From Candidatus Micrarchaeota archaeon (lineage in GTDB: Archaea > Micrarchaeota > Micrarchaeia > Anstonellales > Bilamarchaeaceae), in the NCBI GenBank assembly GCA_040754495.1, contig JBFMCO010000002.1:1-14775 (forward strand): a stretch of DNA of 14,775 bases, read 5' to 3'. The notes beneath the pieces are model-generated. The model saw nothing but the letters and a program-made list of their open reading frames with translations, did no database searches and was not told the origin of the DNA. The position numbers were made by a program, and so were the translations under genes. Below, in pieces: positions 14,650-14,775 of this stretch. How positions within the stretch are numbered: the first letter of the stretch is position 1; the number at the start of each line of letters is the position of its first letter.

Positions 14650-14775
14650 TGGACTGCACCCCTAAAAGTGGACAATTAGAAAAGACTCATCCCACTATTG
14701 AAAAGGGGTGCAAAAATGAAATTGAAGCGCAGGTTCACGAGAGAATTCAAGCTGGCAGTAGTACGGGAGCTGCAA
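14650..14775 (+). mobile_element. IS3-family insertion sequence, left end (IRL plus start of orfA), running off the window edge
   Basis: Starts TGGACTGCACCCCTAAAAGTGGACAA; identical to the reverse complement of 2-127. Confidence 0.85.
14716..14775 (+). CDS. IS3-family transposase OrfA, N-terminal fragment (truncated by window edge)
   Basis: ATG 14716, MKLKRRFTREFKLAVVRELQ. Confidence 0.8.
   Translation, partial: MKLKRRFTREFKLAVVRELQ

Overview
14.8-kb stretch of a GC-rich archaeal chromosome. Archaeal origin is inferred from TATA-like boxes, GGTG-type Shine-Dalgarno sites, a split transketolase, a Pyrococcus-like TrpRS and a DUF35 protein; a DPANN/Micrarchaeota-like host is a guess. Both ends (2-127 and 14650-14775) are the same 126 bp in inverted orientation: the left ends of two outward-facing IS3-family copies, which probably broke the assembly. 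The right end is a triple nest: IS3 inside IS21 istA, inside an IS481-like transposase. The core holds an AdoMetDC/SpeD-like gene, a non-oxidative pentose phosphate cluster (rpe, split tkt, tal), an orphan DUF35 gene, two tandem GIDE/BAM-like membrane proteins, trpS coupled to two degenerate Nudix-fold paralogues, small Cys-CTERM-like surface proteins and an ABC exporter with a long coiled-coil permease. The most unusual signal is a 69-bp in-frame palindromic insertion (16-bp inverted arms, 7-bp direct repeats) in the first codons of trpS. Removing it restores the canonical archaeal N-terminus MEEFKVTPWEV.
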